A DNA stretch of 64,000 nt from Dehalococcoidia bacterium (GCA_965220605.1 CBDCQM010000005.1:93614-157613), one strand, 5' to 3'; shown: positions 37,103-47,167, counted from the first letter of the stretch. The notes: generated by a model not told the origin, from the letters alone. Numbers and translations are program-made.

Positions 37103-37825
37103 GTGGAAGTCATTCCAGCCATAGACCTCCGGGGCGGCCGTTGCGTCCGGCTGCACCAGGGCGACTTCGGCCGCGAGACCGTATTCTCCGACGATCCTCT
37201 CGCCATGGCCCGGCAGTGGCAGGAGCAAGGCGGATCGCGCCTGCATCTCGTAGACCTCGACGGCGCGGCCACCGGCGAACCCGCCCATCTCGGCATCATC
37301 TCCGCCATAGTCACCGCGTTGGACATCCCGGTCCAGGTCGGAGGCGGGATTCGCACCCTCGACACCGCCGGAGCCTGGCTGGAAGCAGGCGTCGACCGGG
37401 TGGTCATCGGGACCGCGGCAGTCCGGAATCCGGGCATGGTGCAGGATGTCTGCCGCACCCACGGCAGCAACCGAGTGGTCGTCTCCGTCGACGCCCGCGA
37501 CGGGATGGTGGCGGTGCAGGGGTGGCGGGAGGCCAGCGAGGTCAGTGCCCTTGAGCTGGCGCACCGAATGGCCGGACTTGGAGTCGCTCGTCTGCTCTAC
37601 ACCGACATTTCTCGCGACGGGATGCTGACCGGCCCGGACATCGAGACCAACGCGAAGCTGGTACGGGAAACAGGCATGGCGGTGCTGGCGTCGGGAGGGG
37701 TATCGTCCGCCGGGGACATACGCCAACTGGTCGCCACGGGTGTCGAGGGGGTCATCGTGGGCCGCGCCCTGTACACTGGCGCAGTCGCGCTTCCCGACGC
37801 AATCAGGGCGGCGAACGAGGGCTAG
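37103..37825 (+). CDS. hisA: ProFAR isomerase
   Basis: IPAIDLRGGRCVRL.QGD...LHLVDLDGA...GGGIR. Confidence 0.9.
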   Translation: MEVIPAIDLRGGRCVRLHQGDFGRETVFSDDPLAMARQWQEQGGSRLHLVDLDGAATGEPAHLGIISAIVTALDIPVQVGGGIRTLDTAGAWLEAGVDRVVIGTAAVRNPGMVQDVCRTHGSNRVVVSVDARDGMVAVQGWREASEVSALELAHRMAGLGVARLLYTDISRDGMLTGPDIETNAKLVRETGMAVLASGGVSSAGDIRQLVATGVEGVIVGRALYTGAVALPDAIRAANEG

Positions 37826-37831
37826 TCTCCG

Positions 37832-38503
37832 TCAGGACTGAGGGAAGACGGAGCGCCGCCGCCGTGGCGGTTCTTCGTCAGCGGCGACCGGCGCCTCGGG
37901 CTCAACGTCGCGAGCCGTGCCGGAGCCGTTTGCCTCCGGGAGTGTTTCCATCCCACGGAACCGGGCGGCCAGCCGTTCCTCCCCGGTCTCCAGCCAGTCC
38001 TCACGCAGCACTTCCATCAGGATGAAGTCCTGCGACATACGCCGTACGGTCCGCACAGGCTTGAAACCGGACTTCTCAAAGCACCGCTGGGCCCTTTCGT
38101 TCCAGTCCAGCGTGTGCAGGTACACTCGCTTCAGCCGGAGCTCCGTGAACATGTGGTTCAACAGCGTGGTGACCGCGTCATACCCGTATGCGTTGCTCCA
38201 GTAGTCGCGGTCGCCGATAACAATTCCCAGTTCAGCCTCGAGATTGATGCTGTCCAGGTCGTAGTACATGCAGTTGCCGATGTAGGTGCCGTCTATGGCG
38301 TCGGTGCCGAAGTGGTGGGAGCCGGGGGTGGGGTAACGCAACTGGTCCTCGAAAAGCCGCAGGTACCGTTCGTAGGACATACTCAGTGGGAAGGCCGCAT
38401 CAAGACGGGCAATTTCGGGGTCGCTCCTCCAGCGATAGTCTTTCTCCGCATCCTCGATCCGCTTTTCGCGAAGAATGATCTTCGCACCCCGGAGTTCAAC
38501 CAT
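37832..38503 (-). CDS. GNAT family N-acetyltransferase
   Basis: RimJ/RimL-like pattern: IGD.DYWSNAYGYDAV..LL...F.EL.L.RVYLHTLDWNERAQRCFEKSGF. Confidence 0.8.
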   Translation of the reverse strand: MVELRGAKIILREKRIEDAEKDYRWRSDPEIARLDAAFPLSMSYERYLRLFEDQLRYPTPGSHHFGTDAIDGTYIGNCMYYDLDSINLEAELGIVIGDRDYWSNAYGYDAVTTLLNHMFTELRLKRVYLHTLDWNERAQRCFEKSGFKPVRTVRRMSQDFILMEVLREDWLETGEERLAARFRGMETLPEANGSGTARDVEPEAPVAADEEPPRRRRSVFPQS

Positions 38504-38966
38504 CTTGGCCTTGACCTTGTCTTGACTTTATGACATCCATGGCACGCCGGAGAACGCTGGCTTCGTTTCCGTAGGCCATCGACTTCAGGGCTTCGTCAAC
38601 GTCGAACCACTGCACGACGTCAAACTCAGGATCATGCTGGTCGATATGCCCACCCACCGGCGACATCAGATAGAAGTGGACGGTCTTGTGGTACCGGACG
38701 TCGTTCTCGCGGTCGGCGAACCAGTAGTCTATGCTGCCGAGCGGCGCGTCGAGTTCCACTTCCAGCCCGGTTTCCTCCCGCACCTCGCGCAGCGCAGTCT
38801 GCTCGTGAGTCTCACCGGGATCGGGCGTCCCTTTCGCCAGGCTCCAGCGCACCGGCTCCGAACGCCCGCAGAGGACGGTTTCAAGGCGTCCTTCGTTCTG
38901 GCGGAACACCACCCCGCCGCATGAAACCAGGGTTTCCACCCGGGAAGATTGTCTATCTGCCATCAC
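38496..38966 (-). CDS. NUDIX hydrolase
   Basis: The Nudix box is KGTPDPGETHEQTALREVREETGL. Confidence 0.85.
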   Translation of the reverse strand: MMADRQSSRVETLVSCGGVVFRQNEGRLETVLCGRSEPVRWSLAKGTPDPGETHEQTALREVREETGLEVELDAPLGSIDYWFADRENDVRYHKTVHFYLMSPVGGHIDQHDPEFDVVQWFDVDEALKSMAYGNEASVLRRAMDVIKSRQGQGQDG

Positions 38967-38989
38967 CGCCCATACGACACTCTAGGAAT

Positions 38990-39020
38990 GAATGCGCCCG
39001 TTGTTTCAGCGGGCGCATTC
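38990..39020 (-). terminator. 11-bp stem hairpin downstream of the MoaD-like gene
   Basis: gaatgcgcccg-ttgtttcag-cgggcgcattc. The U-tract is weak. Confidence 0.4.
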
Positions 39021-39082
39021 CGTACATTCTGTCGTTATTTTAAGCGGCCCCGTTTGGGCCAGTCAAACGATTGCCAGCGGGT

Positions 39083-39346
39083 CTACCCACCGGCGATGGC
39101 AGGGACGAAATGAATCTCGCTGTCCTCCTTGACCCTCTCCAGCATCCCCATTCGGGCCACATCGCCATCAATGTCGACGGCCAGGCTGGAGCGAATTTCA
39201 CCATCCTCAACCAGCCGGGCCTTGATGCCTGGAAATTGGTCCTCCAGGGCGTCAACAATTTGCCGCACGTTGCGTCCTTGGCATTCCGTATGCTTCACTC
39301 CGCCGGTCAGCGGTTGCAGCATTGTTGGTATGAATACTGTTGCCAC
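39083..39346 (-). CDS. MoaD/ThiS family ubiquitin-like sulfur carrier
   Basis: 87 aa ending ...HFVPAIAGG (C-terminal Gly-Gly). AAGGAGG precedes the GTG at 39346. Confidence 0.7.
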   Translation of the reverse strand: MATVFIPTMLQPLTGGVKHTECQGRNVRQIVDALEDQFPGIKARLVEDGEIRSSLAVDIDGDVARMGMLERVKEDSEIHFVPAIAGG

Positions 39347-39489
39347 GGCCAACCTCCTTCCGGGCGGCCGCACACCGACTGCACTACGCCCCTCGTACCT
39401 TCCTATACCCGCGGGTGTGCCGCCCTGCGTAAATTTCAGATTACCTTCACCCGCCTAACGATTCAACCCTGGCGGCCGTTGCCCGAATG

Positions 39490-39521
39490 AACAAAACTGC
39501 CTCCCCTTATTGGGGAGGCAG
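39490..39521 (-). terminator. rho-independent terminator after the coxL-like gene
   Basis: The minus-strand RNA reads CUGCCUCCCC-AAUAA-GGGGAGGCAG-UUUUGUU, 40 nt after the stop. Confidence 0.75.
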
Positions 39522-39560
39522 CGGTTGTTTCCTGATTCCGAAGGCGCTTAACCGACTCGG

Positions 39561-41849
39561 TCAGCTCCCATTCTGCTCCCACTCCGCTTCCAGGATCTTG
39601 CCCGGAGACATGGGCAGGCTTCGCATCCTGTTGCCGGTCGCTTCGTGGATGCCGTTGGCGATGGCCGCCATGGGAGGCACGATGGGCACCTCGCCCACTC
39701 CCCGTACGCCGTAGGGATGCCCCGGGTTGGCCACCTCCACCAGCACCGTGTCGATCATCGGCAGGTCCAGCGAGGTGGGCATCCGGTAGTCCAGGAAGGT
39801 CGGGTTGGACATCCGGCCGTTGCCGTCGAAGAAATACTCCTCGTTCAGCGCCCAGCCTATGCCCTGGACCACGCCGCCCTGTATCTGGCCCTCGACATAG
39901 CTGGGGTGAACGGCCTTGCCCACGTCCTGGATCGCCGTGTACCGGGTGACCTCGGTCTTTCCGGTGTCCGGGTCGACTTCCACGTCGGCGATGTGGACGG
40001 CGTAGGAGTTGCCCTCACCGGGCGGGTCCACGTTGGCCTGCCCTGCGACCGTCCCGCCGGTCGTGGCAAGCCGGCGCGCCAGGTCTTTGAACCCCAGCCG
40101 CAGCTCTGGGTCGGACTTGTGCCGCGCCTCGCCGTCGGCGTACTCCACGTCATCTTCGGCCGTATCCCAGATCTTGGCGGCACGGGCTACAAGTTGCGCC
40201 TTCACCGACTCTGCGGCTTCGATCGCGGCGATGCCTGTGGCGAACGAAGTCCGGCTGCCGCCCGTCACCATCGTGAAGCCGATGGAATCGGTGTCAACCA
40301 CCGTCGGCTTGACGTCTTCATAGGCGATTCCCAGGGTCTCGGCGGTCTGCTGCGCGATGGAGGCCCGCGTACCCCCGATGTCCACCGATCCCATTATCAG
40401 GCTCACGGTGCCGTCGAAGTTCACGGTCACCACGCAGCTAGACTGGAAGCCCCGGTTCATCCAGAAGCCCGCGGCAATTCCCCGGCCGCGGTTCTCGCCT
40501 TCCACCGGCGCTTTGTAGTGGTCGTGGTCGCGGGCCGCCTCAAGGCATTCCACTAGACCGACCTTTCGGGCCACCGGGCCCTCGATGCGCCTGGTGCCCT
40601 CCTTGGCGGCGTTCAGGAGACGGAACTCGATGGGGTCGATACCGAGTTGCTGGCAGAGCTCGTCCATCGCAGTCTCGACGCCGAATGCGGCCTGCGGCGA
40701 ACCCGGCGCGCGGTAGGCGGCGGTCTTCGGCTTGTTCACCACCACGTCGTAGCCGTCCACCTTGCCGTTCTCCACGTCGTAGCAGGCGAAGGCGCAGGAG
40801 ATCGCCTGCATCACGGGCGACCCCGGGTACGCCCCGGCGTCCATCGCCACCTCAAGCTCCACTGCGGTCAGGCGGCCGTCGTTCTTTGCTCCCACCTTCG
40901 CCCTCATCCAGGAACCGGGGGCGGGACCGGACGCCTCGAACACCTCGGCACGAGTCATCCACTGCTTCACGGGCGCTCCCGCTTTCTGCGACAGCACGGC
41001 GGTGACCGCGTCCAGGTAGGCGGTGATCTTGCCGCCGAACCCGCCGCCGATTTCCATCGGCGTCACCTTCACCTTCGACACCGGCATCCGCAGCACGTCC
41101 GCCACGGCGGCGCGGACCGCGAACGCTCCCTGCGTGCTGGTCCACACGTTCAGCTGCCCGTCGGTGTTCCAAAAGGCGGTGGAATTGTGCGGCTCGATGT
41201 AGCCCTGGTGCACCGAGGCGGTGTTGTATTCCCGCTCTATGACCACATCGGCCTCGCTGAAACCCTGCGCCACATCGCCCTTTTCGTAGCTGAGATGCGC
41301 CGCTATGTTGCTGGGCTTATCGGCGATCTCCCCCATGACGGAGGTCCGCAGGTCCTCGTGGAGCAGGGGCGCGCCATCCTTCATCGCCTCGCGCACTTCA
41401 ACGACCGCGTCCAGCACTTCGTAGTCCACCTCGATCAGCGCCAGGGCCGACTCGGCCACGTGGGCGTTGGTCGCGGCGACGGCTGCTACCGGATGGCCCT
41501 TGAACAGCGCCTTGTCGCTGGCCATCATGTGGTCGGAGGCGAACTTGAGCCTGCCGTAGTCGCCGCCCAGTTCCTCCCTGCTCAGCGACGCAAAGGGCAG
41601 GTCCTTCGCCGTGATGACGGCCTTGACTCCGGGCAGCGCCTCGGCCTTGCTGGTATCGATGGAGCGTATCCGCGCGTGGGGATGCGGGCTGCGCAGCACC
41701 TTGCCGTAAAGCAGCCCCGTGAGCTTCACGTCGGCGCCGTACTGGGCGCGCCCCGTTACCTTGTCAACTCCGTCGGGGCGTATGGGACGCTTCCCGACTA
41801 TGTTGTATTCAACTTCGGACAGTACCAGGTTCGAAGAAGTCACTCTCAT
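39561..41849 (-). CDS. xanthine dehydrogenase/aldehyde oxidase family molybdopterin-binding subunit (CoxL-like, not form I)
   Basis: 762 aa. The AAYRAPGSPQ-type active-site loop is present rather than the form I VAYRCSFR, as I recall those signatures. Confidence 0.85.
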   Translation of the reverse strand: MRVTSSNLVLSEVEYNIVGKRPIRPDGVDKVTGRAQYGADVKLTGLLYGKVLRSPHPHARIRSIDTSKAEALPGVKAVITAKDLPFASLSREELGGDYGRLKFASDHMMASDKALFKGHPVAAVAATNAHVAESALALIEVDYEVLDAVVEVREAMKDGAPLLHEDLRTSVMGEIADKPSNIAAHLSYEKGDVAQGFSEADVVIEREYNTASVHQGYIEPHNSTAFWNTDGQLNVWTSTQGAFAVRAAVADVLRMPVSKVKVTPMEIGGGFGGKITAYLDAVTAVLSQKAGAPVKQWMTRAEVFEASGPAPGSWMRAKVGAKNDGRLTAVELEVAMDAGAYPGSPVMQAISCAFACYDVENGKVDGYDVVVNKPKTAAYRAPGSPQAAFGVETAMDELCQQLGIDPIEFRLLNAAKEGTRRIEGPVARKVGLVECLEAARDHDHYKAPVEGENRGRGIAAGFWMNRGFQSSCVVTVNFDGTVSLIMGSVDIGGTRASIAQQTAETLGIAYEDVKPTVVDTDSIGFTMVTGGSRTSFATGIAAIEAAESVKAQLVARAAKIWDTAEDDVEYADGEARHKSDPELRLGFKDLARRLATTGGTVAGQANVDPPGEGNSYAVHIADVEVDPDTGKTEVTRYTAIQDVGKAVHPSYVEGQIQGGVVQGIGWALNEEYFFDGNGRMSNPTFLDYRMPTSLDLPMIDTVLVEVANPGHPYGVRGVGEVPIVPPMAAIANGIHEATGNRMRSLPMSPGKILEAEWEQNGS

Positions 41850-41877
41850 CCACCTCTACATTAGTATTCCATATCGG

Positions 41878-41905
41878 TAGGGGCGGGTTTAAAACCCGCC
41901 CCTAC
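41878..41905. repeat. REP-like family 2: perfect 28-bp palindrome
   Basis: GTAGGGGCGGGTTT|AAACCCGCCCCTAC lies between the coxS-like and coxL-like genes. Confidence 0.8.
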
Positions 41906-41932
41906 ATTGGTGGCCTGAACTACCGTTTCCGG

Positions 41933-42409
41933 CTACTTGTTGGAGGTCGTGCTCACCTGCAACACAGCGCGGACGATCTTGTCGTATCCGGTGCAGCGGC
42001 ACAGGTTTCCGGCCAGCCAGTGGCGAATTCGGCCCTCGTCGGCATCCGGCTCCGCGTCCAGCAGGGCCCGGGAAGCCATCAGGAAGCCGGGGGTGCAGAT
42101 GCCGCACTGCAGTGCGGCATTCTCAAGGAACGACTGCTGCAGCGGGTGCAGTCCGCCGGGCGAAGCCATCCCCTCAATGGTCTGGACTTCGCGCCCTGCG
42201 ATCTCGACTCCTAGGACCAGGCAGGAGTCGACGATGCGGCCGTCGAGCATCACGGTGCAGGCGCCGCAGTTGCCGTCGTTGCATCCTTCCTTGGTGCCGG
42301 TCATGCCGAGAACGTCCCTCAGCACTTCCAGCAGGCTCTGACGAGGCTCACACAGGAAGTTGGTGTCCTCGCCGTTTATCTTTGCCTGAACATGAACAAC
42401 TCCGGGCAT
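41933..42409 (-). CDS. (2Fe-2S)-binding small subunit (CoxS-like)
   Basis: GCNDGNCGACTV and CGICTPG...CRCTGY cluster motifs. Confidence 0.9.
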   Translation of the reverse strand: MPGVVHVQAKINGEDTNFLCEPRQSLLEVLRDVLGMTGTKEGCNDGNCGACTVMLDGRIVDSCLVLGVEIAGREVQTIEGMASPGGLHPLQQSFLENAALQCGICTPGFLMASRALLDAEPDADEGRIRHWLAGNLCRCTGYDKIVRAVLQVSTTSNK

Positions 42410-42412
42410 CCT

Positions 42413-43297
42413 CTAGCCTCCCCTGGCCCGCTCTACGGCGATATTAAGAGTTCGGCGCGTCAGCACGCCGATCAGGTGAATCCTCTGGCGGATGGTGCCG
42501 CGCATGTCGGTGATGGGCTTGGCGTCGGCCATCGCCAGTTCCGAGGCAGCGCGAATGGACTCGTCGTTGACCGGCTTTCCGGCCAGGCTGTCCCCTGCGG
42601 CACGCGAGAACACCGGCGTGGGAGCCACGGAGGCCAGGGCCACCCGCCCGGACACGAAGTTCTGGCCCGAGCCGTCCAGGACAACGGAGCTGCCGACACC
42701 CGCTACCGCGATATCCATCTCGTTGCGGGGGATGAACCGCTGGTAGTTGGCTCCGGAGTTCGCGGCGGGAGCGGGGAAGTCGATGGAAACCAGCATCTCG
42801 CCCCGTTGCAGCGCGTTCTGGCCCGGCGCGGTGCAGAAGTCCTCCGCCGCCATCTGCCGCGTCCCATTGGGGCCTGCGATGTTGCAGACGCCGCCGAGGG
42901 CGATGACCGCGGGTATGGAGTCTCCACTGGGCGCGGCATTGCACAGGTTCCCGCCAATGCTGGCCCGGCCCTGGATCTGGATTCCGCCTATCAAAGAAGC
43001 GGAGTCAATCAGACCGGGATACGCCGCCGAGATGGCCGCGTCTTGGTAGATCTGGTAACAGGGCACGGCGGCGCCAAGATTCAAGCCGGCCCCTGCCGAG
43101 TAGCTCATGCTGTTGAGCTCAGGGATGTCCTTGACATCGATAACCACATCGGCCAGCCTGCGACCGGCGCGCATCATTACCAGAATGTCGGTGCCGCCGG
43201 CGATAATCCTAGCCCTGTCGCCATGTTCGTTCAGTATCGAAACAGCTTCGTCGATACTCTTCGCAGCTACGAAATCAAATGCTTCCAAATTGCCCAC
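42413..43297 (-). CDS. FAD-binding medium subunit (CoxM-like)
   Basis: IIAGGTDILV...GTIGGNL-like pattern (ASIGGNLC). Operon order is M-S-L. Confidence 0.85.
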   Translation of the reverse strand: MGNLEAFDFVAAKSIDEAVSILNEHGDRARIIAGGTDILVMMRAGRRLADVVIDVKDIPELNSMSYSAGAGLNLGAAVPCYQIYQDAAISAAYPGLIDSASLIGGIQIQGRASIGGNLCNAAPSGDSIPAVIALGGVCNIAGPNGTRQMAAEDFCTAPGQNALQRGEMLVSIDFPAPAANSGANYQRFIPRNEMDIAVAGVGSSVVLDGSGQNFVSGRVALASVAPTPVFSRAAGDSLAGKPVNDESIRAASELAMADAKPITDMRGTIRQRIHLIGVLTRRTLNIAVERARGG

Positions 43298-43398
43298 CTC
43301 CTGCGGCGTGAATTATAGCATTACTCGACATAGGGTCAAGCTGTGAGTTACAGTCGAACCCAGCCTCCACCGTCCCCTGGGGAGAACCGATTTCGACC

Positions 43399-44226
43399 AT
43401 GACCGGACAGCCTCGAACCGCCACACCCGGCGACTCTTCGGCCCTGGAGCAGGTCCTCAAGAGAGACCGCCTGGTGGTTGTCGCCGCCATCATAGTCATT
43501 GCAGCCATCGCCTGGGCCTATACGGTCTACCTGGCCGAGACCGGCATGGGCATGGGCGACATGCAGATGGGCATGGGGATGGCAATGGGCGACATGCGGT
43601 CGTGGAGCGCGGCCGATTTCGGGCTAATGTACCTTATGTGGGCGGTCATGATGGTAGCGATGATGGCGCCATCGGCCGCTCCCATGCTCCTGATGTTCGC
43701 CGCCCTCAATCGCAGGCGAAGGGAGCGGGAGGCGCCCTTCGTGCCGACAGGCGTGTTCCTGGCCGGGTACCTCATAGTGTGGAGCGTCTTCTCCCTCGCG
43801 GCCACCACAGGTAACTGGGGCCTGCACCAGGCCTCCCTGCTCTCCTCGATGATGGGGGCCTCAACCAGCGGCTACCTGGGCGGAGCGCTCCTGCTCCTGG
43901 CGGCGGCCTTCCAGTGGAGCCCCCTCAAATACGCCTGTCTGAAGCAGTGCCGCACGCCGATGGGCTTCCTGATGACCTCGTGGCGCGACGGCCACGGAGG
44001 CGCCCTGCGCATGGGTCTGGAGCACGGCGCTTACTGCCTCGGCTGCTGCTGGGCCCTGATGCTGCTGCTCTTCGTGCTGGGCATCATGAACCTGGTTTGG
44101 ATCGCCGCCCTCGCCGCCTTCGTCCTGGCCGAGAAGGTCGCTCCCTGGCCTGAATGGGTCAGCCGCGGCACCGGCGTCCTGATGGCCGGTTGGGGCATCT
44201 GGGCCATCGTCACCGCCGCCGTTTAG
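43399..44226 (+). CDS. DUF2182 domain-containing membrane protein
   Basis: Met-rich motifs: MGMGDMQMGMGMAMGDM...MWAVMMVAMMAPSAAPM. Confidence 0.7.
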   Translation: MTGQPRTATPGDSSALEQVLKRDRLVVVAAIIVIAAIAWAYTVYLAETGMGMGDMQMGMGMAMGDMRSWSAADFGLMYLMWAVMMVAMMAPSAAPMLLMFAALNRRRREREAPFVPTGVFLAGYLIVWSVFSLAATTGNWGLHQASLLSSMMGASTSGYLGGALLLLAAAFQWSPLKYACLKQCRTPMGFLMTSWRDGHGGALRMGLEHGAYCLGCCWALMLLLFVLGIMNLVWIAALAAFVLAEKVAPWPEWVSRGTGVLMAGWGIWAIVTAAV

Positions 44227-44290
44227 CCCGGCAGTCCGGCCCCAGCGTACTTCGGAAACCACCGCAGATCGCAAGAACGCAGAAAATATA

Positions 44291-44311
44291 GGGACGCACA
44301 GTCGTGCGCCC
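44291..44311. repeat. REP-like family 2 copy (imperfect)
   Basis: gggacgcac-agtc-gtgcgccc lies between convergent gene ends. Confidence 0.5.
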
Positions 44312-44314
44312 AAT

Positions 44315-44863
44315 TCACCCCAACTCTTCGCTCAATGCGTTCACAGTCTCGCCCAGCGGTCCCCGGCAAAACCCGCTGCTCTCTACGCCGCCGATCCCTT
44401 CCAACAAAGGGCCGGTGTCCTCGGACACGGACCCAGCCAGGGCCTTCAGCGCCGCGCCCCAGGTCTGCGTGTCATCCAGTTCGCCCTCGTAGTCTCCCTT
44501 CGGCAACTCGATGCAGCCGACCGCATCCGCTTCCCGCGACATCCCCGCAATTGCCAGGACCGGAACGCTGTCCGGCTCCAGCCCCAGCTCCTCCAGGAAC
44601 GCAGTCTGCGTCGTGGAAACCCCGTGCTGCCCGAAGATCACCAGGTTGTGGAAGCCGCCTCCCAGCTCCTCGAACGCCGACCGGTACCGCCGGAAAATGT
44701 CGTGGGAAGCTCGGTGCTCCGGCCCGACCAGGAAGATGGCGCAGTAGGGCAGTCCGCTCCCACTCTTTTCAGCCGAAGCGTCCAGGTCCGCCTTCCAGCG
44801 GGCCAGCTTGTCCAGGTCATGCCGGTCGGCGTGGCTCATTTCCTGCTCGTTAGCGGTTGTCAT
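44315..44863 (-). CDS. hypothetical protein
   Basis: 182-aa ORF with no recognised family, flanked by REP family 2 (3' side) and REP family 1 (5' side). Confidence 0.5.
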   Translation of the reverse strand: MTTANEQEMSHADRHDLDKLARWKADLDASAEKSGSGLPYCAIFLVGPEHRASHDIFRRYRSAFEELGGGFHNLVIFGQHGVSTTQTAFLEELGLEPDSVPVLAIAGMSREADAVGCIELPKGDYEGELDDTQTWGAALKALAGSVSEDTGPLLEGIGGVESSGFCRGPLGETVNALSEELG

Positions 44864-44881
44864 CGGCGTTTCTCCTCAGGT

Positions 44882-44965
44882 CTCACCCCCACCCTAACCC
44901 TCCCCCTGAGGGGGAGGGAATGTTCGTTACTCTGACCTTCCTCCTGTGGGGAGGGAGTGTTCGTT
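44882..44965 (+). repeat. REP-like family 1, about 1.7 tandem units
   Basis: ctcacccccaccctaaccctccccctgagggggagggaatgttcgtt followed by ctctgaccttcctcctgtggggagggagtgttcgtt. Confidence 0.65.
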
Positions 44966-45005
44966 GTGGTAGAGGATGGTTTTGGAAATGCGCTGCTGCC
45001 GAGGG

Positions 45006-45458
45006 TTAACCGTGGTCGTCGAACTGCACCAGGATGCCGTCGGGGTCGTAGACGAATATGCTGCTGACACGCCCGTCCGGCGCGGTGAAGCCCTCCAGGG
45101 GCGCGGCCAACTCTACGCCCTTGCTGACCAGCTCGTCGGCCAGGGCCTTCACGTCCGGCACCGTGAACGAGATGTGGCTGATCCCCACCTGGTCCAGCTT
45201 GATCGGCTCTCCGTCGGGGTCCTCGCCCGGGTGACAGGTCAGCACGAGGGACGGCGCCGTCTTGCCCGGCCCGTACCGGACATGCGTAGTCCGCCGCGTG
45301 TTCCGGGAGTGCTTGTAGATGCTGGGCAGCCCGCCCGATGTCGTGTCCTGGACCTGGTCGAAGTCCACCGTCATCCCCAGGATGTCACGGTAGAACCCCA
45401 GCGACCGATCCACGTCCCGCACGCAGATAGCGATGTGCGACACCATGCTCGCTTCCAT
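45006..45458 (-). CDS. VOC (glyoxalase/bleomycin-resistance) family protein
   Basis: GGAGGA plus 6 nt plus ATG: MEASMVSHIAICVRDVDRSLGFYRDILGM. Confidence 0.8.
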   Translation of the reverse strand: MEASMVSHIAICVRDVDRSLGFYRDILGMTVDFDQVQDTTSGGLPSIYKHSRNTRRTTHVRYGPGKTAPSLVLTCHPGEDPDGEPIKLDQVGISHISFTVPDVKALADELVSKGVELAAPLEGFTAPDGRVSSIFVYDPDGILVQFDDHG

Positions 45459-45603
45459 TACATTCCTCCTGCCCAATCAGCTGCAACTGATACTCGCCGG
45501 TATGCTAAGGGGCTCGCACCACTGTGTCAAAAGGCCTGCCGAACTGAGACTCGAAGCAAAAGGGGGGCCACAAGAGATGCCCCTATATGAACAGCCCATT
45601 TTG

Positions 45604-45632
45604 GTAAGGGCAACCCTTGTGGTCGCCCTGTC
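45604..45632. repeat. REP-like family 2 variant
   Basis: gtaagggcaacc-cttg-tggtcgccctgtctac, an imperfect palindrome. Confidence 0.4.
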
Positions 45633-45656
45633 TACGCGTCCATGCCTTGGATCCCG

Positions 45657-46577
45657 TTAGGCATTCCCGCCACCCGCCAGCGGCTTCAGCATCGCGTAGA
45701 TTACGTCGTTGATCGGCGTCGGCACCCCGGCGGCACGTCCGGCCCGTACCACGGCGCCGGTGAATGTTTCAAGCTCCAGCGGGCGTCCCGCCACCACGTC
45801 GGTGTGCATCGACGCTTGCAGGTCCTCAAGGTTCTCCTCGATGTACGCCAGGGTTGTCTCGTGGATGTCGGGGGGGAAGTTCACCCCGTTGGCCCTTCCT
45901 GCAGCCTCGATCTCCTTAAGGCATCCCACCACCACCTCACGCCACTCCGGCCGCGGCATCAGATCAGCCAGCCTTTCCTGCGCCATCGCGGTGGTGCCGG
46001 CCATCGTCGAGATGAACAGGAACTTCGACCACAGCCCGGTGCGGACGTCCTCAGCAAACTCGGCCGGAATCCCGCTCTCGTGGAATACCGCCTCGATTGC
46101 AGGCCCCCTGTCCTTCCGCTCGCCGTACGGTTCGCCAAACACCACTCGTACCACGTCCCCTGCCTGCCGCACGACGCCCGGGCCTTCCCTTCCCGCCTCG
46201 ATGTACACTGCCCCGGCCATCACCCTGTCCTCGCCGAAGACCTCCGCGACCGCCAGGTAGCTGTCGATGCCGTTCTGAAGGCACAGCACCGTCGTATCCG
46301 GCCCTACCATCGGAGCCATAGCAGGGATCGCCACATCGTTCTGGTATGTCTTGGTGGTCAGCAGCGCCAGGTCCACAGGCCCCACATCAGCCGGAAGGTC
46401 GGTCGCGGCGCAGGACACGGTGAACTCCTCGTGGTCCCGCAGCACCCGCAGCCCGCGCTCCCGGATGGCCGCCAGGTGTGCGCCGCGGACGATCAGCGAC
46501 ACATCGTGCCCGCCCCGCGACAGCATGCCGCCCAGGTATCCTCCAACGCTGCCGGCCCCCATGACCGCGATTCGCAT
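45657..46577 (-). CDS. panE: 2-dehydropantoate 2-reductase
   Basis: MRIAVMGAGSVGGYLGGMLSRGGHDV is a Rossmann N-terminus. The track ORF is over-extended. Confidence 0.8.
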   Translation of the reverse strand: MRIAVMGAGSVGGYLGGMLSRGGHDVSLIVRGAHLAAIRERGLRVLRDHEEFTVSCAATDLPADVGPVDLALLTTKTYQNDVAIPAMAPMVGPDTTVLCLQNGIDSYLAVAEVFGEDRVMAGAVYIEAGREGPGVVRQAGDVVRVVFGEPYGERKDRGPAIEAVFHESGIPAEFAEDVRTGLWSKFLFISTMAGTTAMAQERLADLMPRPEWREVVVGCLKEIEAAGRANGVNFPPDIHETTLAYIEENLEDLQASMHTDVVAGRPLELETFTGAVVRAGRAAGVPTPINDVIYAMLKPLAGGGNA

Positions 46578-46738
46578 GGCCGTCCTCCGCCGAATCAGTC
46601 TATATTCGAACATACCGGAACATGGTGGCCGCGGCAACCGCGCCTTCCTTGACGCCTGTGGCCCGTCTGCGTATTCTTTGGGCGGTCGATGATGCGCAAA
46701 AAGCGCCACTTACCGATCGAATTCATTGAGAGGCCAAC

Positions 46739-47167
46739 ATGACCCAACCACAGACTCCGACCCCGATTCCGGCGCCTACGCCGCAGCCGGAATCGGACTT
46801 TTATTTCGAGAAATGCAAGGAAGGGGAGTTGTGGCTCCGGCACTGCAACAGTACCGGCACCGCCTACTTCTATCCCCGCGACATTAGCCCCTTTTCCTTC
46901 TCACGGGATACCAGTTGGATCAAGAGCAGCGGCAAGGGAACGATATACACCTTCGCCATCGTGCACCGCGGGCCCACCCCGCCGTTCCGCGACCGCACGC
47001 CCTACGTGCCGATCATCGTCGAGCTGGAGGAGGGGGCGCGCATGCCATCGAACCTGGTGGAGTGCGATCCCGACCCGGAAAAAATCAAGGTCGGCATGGC
47101 AGTCGAGGTCGTTTTCCAAGCCATCAGCGACGAGATCACCATCCCCTACTTCCGGCCGGCAAGCTGA
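46739..47167 (+). CDS. Zn-ribbon OB-fold protein (DUF35 family)
   Basis: C..C......YPR...P......W.....G.G.IYTF..V and ...VG..V.V.F. Confidence 0.7.
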   Translation: MTQPQTPTPIPAPTPQPESDFYFEKCKEGELWLRHCNSTGTAYFYPRDISPFSFSRDTSWIKSSGKGTIYTFAIVHRGPTPPFRDRTPYVPIIVELEEGARMPSNLVECDPDPEKIKVGMAVEVVFQAISDEITIPYFRPAS

